Origin: an uncultured Verrucomicrobia subdivision 3 bacterium
GTDB lineage: Bacteria; Verrucomicrobiota; Verrucomicrobiia; Limisphaerales; UBA11358
NCBI GenBank assembly: GCA_903875465.1
Contig: CAIQWB010000033.1
Span: forward strand, 7,271 to 71,270
Length of the DNA: 64,000 bases
Direction of reading: 5' to 3'
Positions 47,279 to 55,366 of this stretch are shown here, piece after piece. The notes below the pieces were generated by a model that saw nothing but the letters and a program-made list of their open reading frames with translations, searched no databases and was not told the origin of the DNA. The stretch's first letter is position 1. Each line of letters opens with the position of its first letter. Made by a program: the position numbers and the translations under genes.

Positions 47279-47511
47279 ACCCGAACTCCGAAATTAAAAT
47301 GGCTGGGATGCGGCAAGATGTTGGAGCAGAAACACTTTGGGAAATCGCCGGCATACCCGCAGTGGTCTGGTGAGACTGCCTCGGCGAGCAGCGCGCATCC
47401 TTAAATGGGCAACTGCTTGGCAGCGGCTTGGGAAGCCACTTTTCCAAACCGTTTATGCCCAAGCGATGGATGCCGACCGGCTGTTTTAATTTCGGAGTTC
47501 GGGTTGAATGC
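47272..47511. repeat. MITE-like element: 28-bp terminal inverted repeats (1 mismatch) around a 184-bp core
   Basis: GCATTGAACCCGAACTCCGAAATTAAAA (47272-47299) is the reverse complement of TTTTAATTTCGGAGTTCGGGTTGAATGC (47484-47511). The core 22 bp are perfect. Confidence 0.7.
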
Positions 47512-47523
47512 CTCCCGCCGCCG

Positions 47524-47724
47524 TTACTTCGTGCGGCCATGTTTGTGCCACGTCGTCTGATTGCCCGGACGGCTGGTCGCCTGCCAGTCCACCGCCCCCG
47601 CCACAATCCGGCGCATCTGGCCAAACCACCAGGCCGCCCGGACCTGCCGGTCATCGGGATGCCCGGCCGTCGGACGGCGTTGAATGCTGTTAAAACCCAG
47701 TTCGAGTTGTTGGTTGTTCGTCAT
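47524..47724 (-). CDS. Small basic hypothetical protein (66 aa)
   Basis: ATG start, and third-position GC typical of the genome's coding regions. The sequence is MTNNQQLELGFNSIQRRPTAGHPDDRQVRAAWWFGQMRRIVAGAVDWQ.... There is no SD and I recognise no family. Confidence 0.45.
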   Translation of the reverse strand: MTNNQQLELGFNSIQRRPTAGHPDDRQVRAAWWFGQMRRIVAGAVDWQATSRPGNQTTWHKHGRTK

Positions 47725-47792
47725 AATTGGTTAATGTGTTAATTCGTTAATGCGTTTTTTTGCTTCATTAATTCATTCATCCATTGATTAAT
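47723..47792 (-). promoter_or_regulatory. AT-rich leader with periodic TTAAT motifs directly upstream of the 66-aa ORF
   Basis: On the plus strand, (A/T)TAAT occurs at 47723, 47731, 47739 and 47747 (8-nt period). More copies lie at 47768 and 47788. The stretch stands out in a GC-rich genome. Confidence 0.35.
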
Positions 47793-47959
47793 GACGACTC
47801 CATCCTCGCACGGGACCCTGGACATCCGCTGTCCAGGGTCCAAAATAATTGAAAATATTTTCCGACCGAAAATCCGGCGTTTGCAGGTTTATAAAACTCT
47901 GGCTTGCAATGGTTAAAAATCAACACCCCGGTTCCTCGCTGTTTTCGGTGGCATTCGGG

Positions 47960-48330
47960 CTGGCGTGGGCCGTTGGCTGCTTGCTTGCCGAATCCCCACG
48001 GGATTCCGTCCGCTAGCCCAGGGTTGTCCCGGCAGCGGGACTACCCTGGGTAGGCGGACGCATGTTTATTCAACCCCAACGGGGTTGAGCCCTGATGCTG
48101 GGCCTGCCAAAGGGCACAAACCCGTTGGAGTTGGCGGTCGTTGGGGTGAATGCTCGTTCCTCGCAACTTTGGGCGGGCGGGCGCAATCCAGTTGGGCTGG
48201 CCGCAGCCATTCCCCAACCGCTCAACGTGTCCGCTCAATTTACCTGCCACCGAAAACCGCCTGGAACCGGCACAAGACGCACCGACGCCTTTCCCCTGCC
48301 CCTCGGCTGAAACATCTGAGTCGGTCACCC
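47960..48330. repeat. Nested-palindrome GC-rich repeat cluster
   Basis: Hairpins include GAATCCC-CAC-GGGATTC, CCCAGGGTTGTCCCGGCAGCGGGACTACCCTGGG nested within CGTCCGC...GCGGACG, and TCAACCCCAACGGGGTTGA. ORFs on both strands here look like translated repeats. Confidence 0.55.
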
Positions 48331-48340
48331 GCACGAGCAG

Positions 48341-48715
48341 CTATTTCAGCGTGATCACATCCCCAGGTTCCAGGGGGATGGGCACGCCGTTGAAGAGCAC
48401 ATGCGGATCAATCACCCCGTCCTCGCCCTGGCGGGTCAGCGTGATTTGGGTGGGTTCGCTGGGGCTGAGATAGTTCGCCGTGGCAATGGCCTGGGCGAGG
48501 GTCAGGCCGGAAACCCAGGGCACCGTGGCATTTTGGACCGGGCCCACCACCGTCACCGTGGCCTGCTGCCGGGCCAACTGCGCTTTCAGAGCGTCATTCT
48601 GCCCGGCTAGATAAGCCCGTTGCGCCTCGGCGCGCGCCTCCGAGCGGGCCTTGGATTTGGTCACGCAACCCGCCGCCAAACCCGCCAAAAGCACCAAAAG
48701 CAGAACACATTTCAT
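48341..48715 (-). CDS. Small lipoprotein with SLBB (polysaccharide-export-type) domain
   Basis: The ATG at 48715 gives MKCVLLLVLLAGLAAGC (a lipobox). The C-terminal VTVVGPVQNATVPWVSGLTLAQAIATANYL...LEPGDVITLK is SLBB-like. Confidence 0.7.
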   Translation of the reverse strand: MKCVLLLVLLAGLAAGCVTKSKARSEARAEAQRAYLAGQNDALKAQLARQQATVTVVGPVQNATVPWVSGLTLAQAIATANYLSPSEPTQITLTRQGEDGVIDPHVLFNGVPIPLEPGDVITLK

Positions 48716-48797
48716 AACCTGATTAATACCGAATCCCCCTAAAAAGTTGCGGGCCGAGCGTTGGTTCATTGCCATGGATTAACGCCGGCGGACGACA

Positions 48798-50672
48798 TCA
48801 AGGTTTTTTCAAGCGGAAGAAGGCATTCGTGTTGCCCGCGCCGTTGGTAATGAGGAACGTTTTTGTGCCGCTGACATCCAGAATGCCCGCAGTGACGGGC
48901 GTCCAGGAAACCGAGGGTGCCAGCGATGGCGCTGTTTCGAGCGTAAAAAATGTCGCTGCGCTCGGCCACGAAAGGCTGGTGCTGCTCACCCGGCCCCCGC
49001 CGCCAGCCACGCTTTTGGAGACGACCAGCAACGGGCTGGGAACACCGTTCGAAACGATGCCGATGCCGGTGGAAAATTCCGAGGTGCTGCCGTTCGCATC
49101 TGTGGCCGTGGCGGTGACGACGTAATTTTTATCCGGCGTGGTGGCGATCGCAGCGGTGAAATTCGCATTGCCGCTGTTGTCGGTGGTCACATTCGTCGAG
49201 CCGAGAAAGATTTTACCTTCGGGAATATTGGCCGCGTCCCACGTCGGCGTGGCGAAAAACTCCACGCGGTAAGTGGCCACGGCCTGCGAGTTCAAACTGC
49301 CCTGCACGGTGAGCGCACTGAAAGCGATGCTGGCGCTGGTGAGCACCGGGAAGTTTTGCAAGTTGTTCGCGCCGGTGTCGGCATCGAGCACGTCGTTGGT
49401 ATTGCTGCCGGACGGTGCGAGGTCAATCCCCAGGCCGCCATTATCATAAAAGCTGTTGGCGGAAATTTCATTTTGCACGGCCGTCGTCGCGGTGACTTCC
49501 ACCCCCGCGCCCCCATTGTAGTAAATCGTGTTCGCCTTGCCCGCGCTCACGCCCCCAATCCGATTTGTGCCGCCGGAAATGGTCACGCCGGCGGCCAGAT
49601 TGCCGAACGGTCGCGTGCCGGTCGCGTCCGTGCCAATGAAATTATTTTCCACCACGGTGTTATTGGCACTGGCGAGATTGATGCCGTTGGCGCGGTTGTT
49701 GACGATGAGGTTGCCGAGAATTTTTGTACCACTGGCGGCCGTCACATAAATACCGTCGTAAAGATTGCCCAGGTCATATTGGCCGCTGACATCCGCGCCG
49801 ATGTAATTTCCCTGAATGACGTTGTTCGGTCCGGCCTGCACGCTAATGCCGTTGCCTCCCGCCGCCGTGGCGGCACTAATAATGTTGCGCGCCGCGCTCG
49901 TTGCACCGCCCACCGTGATGTTGGTGCAGGCGAAAAGGTAAATGCCGCCGAAAACGTTGCCGCGCGGCAACGTGCCGGTCGCGTCCGTGCCGATGAAGTT
50001 GCCTTGCACCAGCGAATTCGCCGTGGTGCTGCCGTTGAAATAAATGCCGCTGTTGCCGTTGCCGGAAACAATGTTGCGCGCCGCCGGCGTGGTGCCGCCG
50101 ATGACATTGTTTTGCGCCGTCGAAAAGAAGGACGTCAGGTAAATGCCCGAACTGCGGTTGCCGCGCACCATGCCATCGACGTCCAGCCCGATCCAGTTAC
50201 CGCTGACCGTCAGGCTGGAAAGCTCGTTCGCCGAAAGGCCGTGGTTGAACCGCACGATGACCAGTCCGCGCACGGTGCTGCCGCTGGCCGGCGAGGGGGC
50301 AAACGAATTGGCCGTGGTGAATTTCAAACCATCCGCCGAGGCGTCGAGACAATTGAAACCATCAAGCCGGATGAGGTGAACGGAATTGTCGCCAGTCGCC
50401 ACAGTGTTGGCGCTGCTGCCGGGCTGGGAAAAACCGTCGATGAACACGGCATTCGTGATGGCCGGCAGCGCATTGGTCGGCGCGATGGTCTGCACGCCGG
50501 AACCGGGCAGGTTGAAGGTGATGGTGCCGAGACCGGGATTGGCGTTTGCATCCAGCAGGGCCTGGCGCAAGGTTCCCGGCCCGCTGTTGGCGGTGCTGGT
50601 GACCACAAAAGTGGCGGCGGAAAGCGAGTTGAGAAAAAAACTGGCCAGTAGCCCGGCGCTCACGGTTTTCAT
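48798..50672 (-). CDS. Secreted right-handed parallel beta-helix protein (CSLREA / choice-of-anchor-Q-like N-terminus)
   Basis: The ATG at 50672 gives signal peptide MKTVSAGLLASFFLNSLSA. The N-terminal NSGPGTLRQALLDANANPGLGTITF segment is present. There are many PbH1-like repeats (NNVIGG...RNIVSGNGNSGIY...GNFIGTDATG). The C-terminal module ends ...NAFFRLKKP. Confidence 0.8.
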   Translation of the reverse strand: MKTVSAGLLASFFLNSLSAATFVVTSTANSGPGTLRQALLDANANPGLGTITFNLPGSGVQTIAPTNALPAITNAVFIDGFSQPGSSANTVATGDNSVHLIRLDGFNCLDASADGLKFTTANSFAPSPASGSTVRGLVIVRFNHGLSANELSSLTVSGNWIGLDVDGMVRGNRSSGIYLTSFFSTAQNNVIGGTTPAARNIVSGNGNSGIYFNGSTTANSLVQGNFIGTDATGTLPRGNVFGGIYLFACTNITVGGATSAARNIISAATAAGGNGISVQAGPNNVIQGNYIGADVSGQYDLGNLYDGIYVTAASGTKILGNLIVNNRANGINLASANNTVVENNFIGTDATGTRPFGNLAAGVTISGGTNRIGGVSAGKANTIYYNGGAGVEVTATTAVQNEISANSFYDNGGLGIDLAPSGSNTNDVLDADTGANNLQNFPVLTSASIAFSALTVQGSLNSQAVATYRVEFFATPTWDAANIPEGKIFLGSTNVTTDNSGNANFTAAIATTPDKNYVVTATATDANGSTSEFSTGIGIVSNGVPSPLLVVSKSVAGGGGRVSSTSLSWPSAATFFTLETAPSLAPSVSWTPVTAGILDVSGTKTFLITNGAGNTNAFFRLKKP

Positions 50673-51315
50673 GCCGCTAAATTTGCCGCATGTTGCAGCG
50701 AACGACAAGTGACATTTAGCCGCCTCAGCTCATTCCCAACCAAATATCGGATCGTACCGGCAGGTCATTTCGTAAACGGGTCTTCCATTGGCATTGCCAG
50801 GTCTTGTCTCGGGGTGTTTCGCATGCCTTTCGGATGTGAGATTGTCCCTTCCATTGGTGAACGATTCGATGGAGCACGAAACCACAATTTGATGAACTGA
50901 GCAAAGACGACCACCTCATTAACTGCCCTCTTTCCAGCTGCCAGTCACGATTGCGGTTACGCTGATTTCCTTGCGATGCTCTGCAACCGCCAAGGCCCAA
51001 CGGACCGTAATCCCTCACCCGGATCCATGCCATCGAAAGGCCAGTGGTTGCGCTGTGGTTTTTTGTGCAAGGCGAGGAGTGCGACGCGTAGCATATCCAC
51101 TATGGATCTGGCAGCGGTTCACGACGAAGTCCTTGCACAAAAAGACCAGGCAAACGCTGCATTTCTATTGCCTGGTTCCGGTTCAGAGCCTGTCTGAAAA
51201 ATGAAAGTGGGACTGGGGTGGCGGATTTTAGCGGTGGCCAGGGCGAGCCGTGCTCGCCGCGTTTTCCAGTTCGTAAAATTGCTTGAGCCATGATAAACAC
51301 TTGGGATAGTTAAAC

Positions 51316-54300
51316 ATGAAAAGACTAATCGGGCTGATTGCCATTTATTTAAGCACTTTGACCAGCCAGGCCGCGCTCACGTGGCATTGGAATGCTGCGC
51401 CCAGCGACGTGACCCTGTCAAATAACATCGTCAATGCGATGAACAGTGCGGTCGCGATGTTCAACGCCTATTCGGACTATAACTACGACATCGGCGTCGC
51501 CTACAGTTCCGGCGTGCCCACCGCGCAGTCGGATTATCATGGGCAGATCACTTTCGGCGGTTCGATCAGTTATGGCACGGCCATGCACGAAATGAGTCAC
51601 TGGCTGGGAACCGGGACGACTGGGGCTTGGGCTGCTTACAACGCCAATCCCTGGCAGGGTGGCTACGCGAACAGCGCCGAGGAGGCTTACGACGGTCCGG
51701 CGGCCACGCTGGGTTGTGACAGCGCGCATTACTGGCCGTATGGCTGGAACTATCCCAATGAATACACCTATCCCGAGCGTCACATCGGAATGGTTGGGGC
51801 GCTGATCCGTGACCTGGGATTGGACGAGGATCGCACCATTGGTTTTGCGCCGGGCACCTATTCTCTGCGCAATCGAAGCAGCCTTGAATTGCTCGACAAT
51901 CTGGGTTCGTCCACCGACGGCGCCCAGGTCAGGCAATGGGGCTATTCCGGCAGCGTAAACCAACAATGGGTGCTGGCCTTGGTTCCCAACACGACCCTGT
52001 TCACGCTGCGTTCGGTGGCGACGGGAAAATTGTTGGATTCGCTCGGCAACCCCGCCGACGGCTCGCCGATTGGTCAGGCGGCGGAAAATTTCAGCGCGAG
52101 CCAGCTGTGGCAGGTGGTGAAAACGGACGCCGGTTATTACAAATTCATCAACGTCGCCACCGGCAAATGCCTCGACACGGGCGGCCAGACGACCGACGGC
52201 ACCGCGCTGCAGGGCCGGGGCAGCAGCACGAACTGGAATCAGCAGTGGAAATTTATCAACCCCGCGCTCGCGACGATTCCCGCCGGACTGCTGTCGCAGT
52301 ATCGGCCCTCGGCGGCGAGTAGTTTTCAGGTTGGCTTCTTTCCCGAGTCGGCCAACGACGGAAAAACCATCGGCGCGCGCTGGACCGCGAACGGCGGTTC
52401 CTATCCGCAGTGGTGGCGCGTGGATCTCGGTTCACTGTGCAACCTCACGAACGTAACGATCTCCTGGTTTCCAGGTGTGGCGTTTCAATACCGGCTTGAA
52501 ACCAGTGCGGACGACGTGAACTATTCCACCCTCGTGGACGCAACGGCCAACGCGGTTCAAAATACCACCAGTCATAATGTTTCAGCGGCGGCGCGCTACG
52601 TTCGCGTCACTGTGACGGGCGTGACGCCTGCTGGCGGCTGGGCGGCGTTTTACGAGTGTCAGGTTTTTGGCACGCCGCAAATTTCCGCCCCGCCCGCCCG
52701 CCTGACCGCGAATCCGGCGAGCAGCAGCCAGATGAATCTGACATGGGGCGATCAAGTGAATGTGTCGGGCTACAACCTCAAGCGCGCAACCAATAACGGC
52801 GGTCCTTACACCACCATTGCGGCGGGCGTGAAGGGTCTGGCATATTCCGATGCGGGACTCGCGAATTCCACGACTTATTACTACGTCGTGTCTGCCGTCA
52901 ACGGCGGCGGCGAAAGCAGCAACAGCTCGCCAGCCAGTGCCACCACACCGGCTGCCACATTGCCGGCTGCGCCGGCCGGTTTGACCGCGCTGCCAGGCCA
53001 CAATCAAGTGGTGCTGGGCTGGTCCGCTGCGAGCGAGGCCGCCAGCTACTACGTCAGGCGCGCCACGGTGAGTGGCGGCCCTTACACCCCCATTGCCAAT
53101 TCGACGGCGCCGACTTGCACCGACGCAACCGCTGTGAACGGCACGACTTATTATTACGTCGTGTCCGCCACCAATTCGGTGGGCGAGAGTGCAAACTCCG
53201 CGCAGGTGGCCGCCGCGCCCGGCGCGATGTTCGCCCATTGGAAATTCAACGAGACCAGTGGCACGACCGCCGTGGATTCCATCGCCGGCAGAAACGGCAC
53301 CTTGAACGCTGGCGCCAGTTTCACGGCCGGCAAATTCAGCAATTCGCTGGCGTTAAACGGCAGCAACAGCTATGTGAGCCTGCCGGCGGGCGTGGTCAGT
53401 TCGCTCTCCGGAAATTTCAGTATTGCCGCGTGGGTTTATGTGAACGTTAACGGCACCTGGGCGCGCCTCTTTGACTTCGGCACCGGCACGGCGGTGTATA
53501 TGTATCTCGCGCCGGCCAGCGGCGGAAACACCGTTCGTTATGGCATTACCACCAGCAGTTCCGGTGGCGAACAAACCCTCAACGGCCCGGTGCTCTCTGC
53601 GGGCGCATGGCATCACGTCGCCGTCACCCTTTCGGGCACCACGGGAATTCTTTTTGTGGATGGCGTTGGCGTTGGCACGAACACCAGCATGACGCTCAAA
53701 CCAGCGAGCTTGGGCAGCACCACGCAGAATTACCTCGGCAAATCGCAATGGCCCGATCCCTACCTGAACGGGCGCGTGGATGACTTCCGCATTTACAACG
53801 TCGCCTTGAGCAGCGCACAGGTGGTTGCGCTGGCCAACCCTGATGGCGCGCTCCCCGCCCCGGCGGGTTTTGTCGCCAGTCCGGGACACAACCAGGTTGA
53901 CTTGAACTGGACGCCCGTGCCCGGCGCGACGAGTTACCGGGTGAAGCGCTCAACGCAGAGCGGTGGACCCTACAGTATCGTCGGCAGTCCGACCGCGGCC
54001 AGTTACACCGACGCGACGGCCATCAACGGCACCAACTATTACTACGTCATCACCGCCGTGAACGGCATCGGTGAAAGCACGAACTCGGCACAGTTCGCCA
54101 TCACGCCGACGGCGATGGTTGGTCACTGGAAATTTAACGAGACCGGCGGCACGACCGCCGCTGATTCCGCCGGAGCAAACCCCGGCACGGTCGTCGGCGG
54201 GAGTTGGGCCGCCGGCAAAATCAACAACGCCGTGTCGCTCGTCGGCGCGGGCAACAGCTATGTGAGTTTGCCCGCGGGCGTGGTCAGCACGCTCACGAAC

Positions 54301-55212
54301 TTCACCATCGCCACCTGGGTTTATGTGGACGCCAACAGCACCTGGGCGCGCGTCTTCGACTTCGGCACCGGCACGACAGCCTATATGTTTCTGTCGCCTG
54401 TCAGCGGCGGCAACACGGTGCGTTACGGCATCACCACCGGCAGCGGGGAACAACAACTCAACGGCCCGGCGCTGTCTGCGGCCGCGTGGCATCATCTCGC
54501 GGTGACGTTGTCCGGCACGACGGGCCGGCTCTACGTTGACGGGATTGCCGTTAACACCAACGCCAGCATGACCCTCAAGCCATCGAGCCTCGGCAGCACG
54601 ACCTTGAACTACCTTGGCAAATCGCAATTCGCCGATCCCATGCTGAACGGACTCGTGGACGATTTTCGCATTTACAATCGCGCGCTGACGAATTTGGAAA
54701 TTGGCAACTTGTTCAGTCCCAGCGGTGTTGTCCCCGCCGCGCCCGCCAACTTGGCAGCCACGCCCGGCCCTGCCCAAGTCGCCTTAAGTTGGAACGCCGT
54801 GGCCGGCGCGACCAGTTACAAAGTTCGCCGCGCCGCCAGCAACGGCGGGCCCTACACGACCATCACGAACATCGTCACCACCGTCTTCACCAACACAGCC
54901 CTCCTCAACGGCTCGACCTATTACTACGTCGTCGCCGCCATAAACCTCAACGGCGACAGTGTGAACTCAACTCAAGTCAGTGCGATGCCGATTTCAATTT
55001 CGCCGGTGAATGTTTTCATGTCCTTGGCCGGCGGCGCCCTGAATATCTCCTGGCCGTCCGATCACGTTGGCTGGCGCTTGCAAGCGCAAACGAATGGATT
55101 AATGACCAATGGCTGGTTCACCGTTTCTGGTTCGGCGGACACGAACTTCATGGTAATCCCTGCGGGCGGCGCAGCGCCCAGCAGCGTGTTCTATCGGCTG
55201 GTGTATCCTTAG
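51316..55212 (+). CDS. Giant secreted multidomain protein: HExxH region, ricin-type lectin, discoidin-like domain, FN3 and LamG modules, conserved C-terminal module
   Basis: Signal peptide MKRLIGLIAIYLSTLTSQA and an HEMSHWLG motif. Three QxW-type repeats occur (NQQWVL, SQLWQV, NQQWKF). An F5/8-C-like segment is present (YPQWWRVDLG). There are four FN3-like modules, and two LamG-like modules end in DDFRIYN. The C-terminus is ...SVFYRLVYP. Confidence 0.85.
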   Translation: MKRLIGLIAIYLSTLTSQAALTWHWNAAPSDVTLSNNIVNAMNSAVAMFNAYSDYNYDIGVAYSSGVPTAQSDYHGQITFGGSISYGTAMHEMSHWLGTGTTGAWAAYNANPWQGGYANSAEEAYDGPAATLGCDSAHYWPYGWNYPNEYTYPERHIGMVGALIRDLGLDEDRTIGFAPGTYSLRNRSSLELLDNLGSSTDGAQVRQWGYSGSVNQQWVLALVPNTTLFTLRSVATGKLLDSLGNPADGSPIGQAAENFSASQLWQVVKTDAGYYKFINVATGKCLDTGGQTTDGTALQGRGSSTNWNQQWKFINPALATIPAGLLSQYRPSAASSFQVGFFPESANDGKTIGARWTANGGSYPQWWRVDLGSLCNLTNVTISWFPGVAFQYRLETSADDVNYSTLVDATANAVQNTTSHNVSAAARYVRVTVTGVTPAGGWAAFYECQVFGTPQISAPPARLTANPASSSQMNLTWGDQVNVSGYNLKRATNNGGPYTTIAAGVKGLAYSDAGLANSTTYYYVVSAVNGGGESSNSSPASATTPAATLPAAPAGLTALPGHNQVVLGWSAASEAASYYVRRATVSGGPYTPIANSTAPTCTDATAVNGTTYYYVVSATNSVGESANSAQVAAAPGAMFAHWKFNETSGTTAVDSIAGRNGTLNAGASFTAGKFSNSLALNGSNSYVSLPAGVVSSLSGNFSIAAWVYVNVNGTWARLFDFGTGTAVYMYLAPASGGNTVRYGITTSSSGGEQTLNGPVLSAGAWHHVAVTLSGTTGILFVDGVGVGTNTSMTLKPASLGSTTQNYLGKSQWPDPYLNGRVDDFRIYNVALSSAQVVALANPDGALPAPAGFVASPGHNQVDLNWTPVPGATSYRVKRSTQSGGPYSIVGSPTAASYTDATAINGTNYYYVITAVNGIGESTNSAQFAITPTAMVGHWKFNETGGTTAADSAGANPGTVVGGSWAAGKINNAVSLVGAGNSYVSLPAGVVSTLTNFTIATWVYVDANSTWARVFDFGTGTTAYMFLSPVSGGNTVRYGITTGSGEQQLNGPALSAAAWHHLAVTLSGTTGRLYVDGIAVNTNASMTLKPSSLGSTTLNYLGKSQFADPMLNGLVDDFRIYNRALTNLEIGNLFSPSGVVPAAPANLAATPGPAQVALSWNAVAGATSYKVRRAASNGGPYTTITNIVTTVFTNTALLNGSTYYYVVAAINLNGDSVNSTQVSAMPISISPVNVFMSLAGGALNISWPSDHVGWRLQAQTNGLMTNGWFTVSGSADTNFMVIPAGGAAPSSVFYRLVYP
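52960..54730 (+). repeat. Internal tandem duplication of an FN3+LamG module (two units of about 880-890 nt)
   Basis: Unit 1 spans about 52960-53850 and unit 2 about 53851-54730. They encode colinear, clearly homologous protein segments (…PGHNQV.L.W…YYYV…HWKFNET.GTTA.DS…NSYVSLPAGVVS…WARLFDFGTGT…GGNTVRYGITT…DDFRIYN…). Confidence 0.8.
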
Positions 55213-55366
55213 TTTGAGAATAATAAAATGCCTCTAGGAGGATCAGTTCTGCCAGCGCTTTACTGCTACAGCCATTTTCATAGCCGGGTCGGTACATTAG
55301 CATGCCATGTATGTCCCTGCCCCTCAACTCCCGCCGTGCATGGCTTCGCTCAGCCGCATCCATGCC

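Noticed and set aside
47965-48354. 129-aa plus-strand and 97-aa minus-strand ORFs in the 47960-48330 repeat cluster
   Set aside because: They are mutually overlapping translations of nested palindromes, with no start context and no family resemblance.
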